24,000 bases of DNA from Desulfobulbaceae bacterium (GTDB taxonomy: Bacteria; Desulfobacterota; Desulfobulbia; Desulfobulbales; Desulfobulbaceae): NCBI GenBank assembly GCA_027011235.1, contig JALVAI010000088.1, positions 11,435-35,434 on the forward strand, read 5' to 3'. The first letter of the stretch is position 1. Each line of letters opens with the position of its first letter. Under the pieces are notes generated by a model that was given only the letters and a program-made list of their open reading frames with translations, had not been told where the DNA came from and made no database searches. Of this stretch, positions 23,761-24,000 are shown one piece after another. The position numbers and the translations under genes were made by a program.

Positions 23761-23910
23761 TGGCTACCTCCGCAATAGTGGAAAGTTCATCCTGTTTTCC
23801 TGTCCTTACCCGTGTTCATATCCGGGTGGATGAACCATTGGACTGTAAGTGATCTATTGTTCTTTTTATCACCCGGTTTTTTTTATTACCCGGCTTTCCC
23901 GCCCGGATTA

Positions 23911-24000
23911 CGATTTGAGGGTTTTGTAATATTGCCGGAATTCTTCGGTTTCACGATAGAGGATTTCTTCCTCCGGGGCACCGCCCCTGCTGCCACCCTT
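23911..24000 (-). CDS. Possible 3' end of an unidentified upstream gene (partial)
   Basis: The minus-strand frame is open from the window edge to TAA (complement of 23911-23913). It translates to ...KGGSRGGAPEEEILYRETEEFRQYYKTLKS*. Too short to classify. Confidence 0.3.

Noticed and set aside
23761-23910. Molybdenum-cofactor riboswitch upstream of fdhA. The dksA/moaC end was also checked.
   Set aside because: I could not align the leader to the Moco motif features I remember. Without a covariance-model search this cannot be claimed.
1-24000. Scan for CRISPR arrays, tRNA/rRNA genes, transposase/integrase genes, toxin-antitoxin pairs and defence-island hallmarks.
   Set aside because: I noticed no spaced direct-repeat arrays, no cloverleaf-like or rRNA-like sequence, and no mobile-element or defence protein motifs among the ORFs. 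The window reads as core chromosome.

Overview
The window looks like core chromosome of a sulfate-reducer-like (Desulfobacterota-type) bacterium; that assignment is an inference from gene content only. I support 18 protein-coding genes plus two weak ones. I recognise no rRNA, tRNA, CRISPR array, transposase, integrase or phage genes. Gene order: moaC (3' part, +), dksA-family zinc finger (+), GalT-like HIT nucleotidyltransferase (+), single-domain response regulator (+), a divergent FolE2/MptA-family protein (+), glyS (+), a bidirectional terminator, then ccsA and resB (System II cytochrome c biogenesis, -). A ~1.3 kb gene-poor, partly AT-rich stretch (7520-8882) follows and holds one unsupported 102-aa ORF. 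Next come a 1217-aa BvgS-like hybrid histidine kinase (+) and a tight three-gene operon (+): a cNMP-binding::SAM-methyltransferase fusion and two tandem paralogous 6TM-PAS-HD-GYP phosphodiesterases. On the minus strand are a YgeA-like Asp/Glu racemase, mobB, and a Wolinella-type periplasmic formate dehydrogenase fdhA-fdhB-fdhC (Tat signal, Cys rather than Sec). The best candidate for undescribed biology is the cNMP-methyltransferase/HD-GYP x2 operon. Secondary oddities: (1) a FolE2 homolog that appears to lack the family's catalytic motifs; (2) a ~107-nt hairpin between fdhA and fdhB whose 8 G-U pairs favour folding of the plus-strand (antisense) transcript; (3) stem-loops in every fdh/mobB spacer; (4) a repeat-laden fdhA leader. 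All family assignments come from reading motifs by eye, with no searches run, and none of the hunt items is proven.
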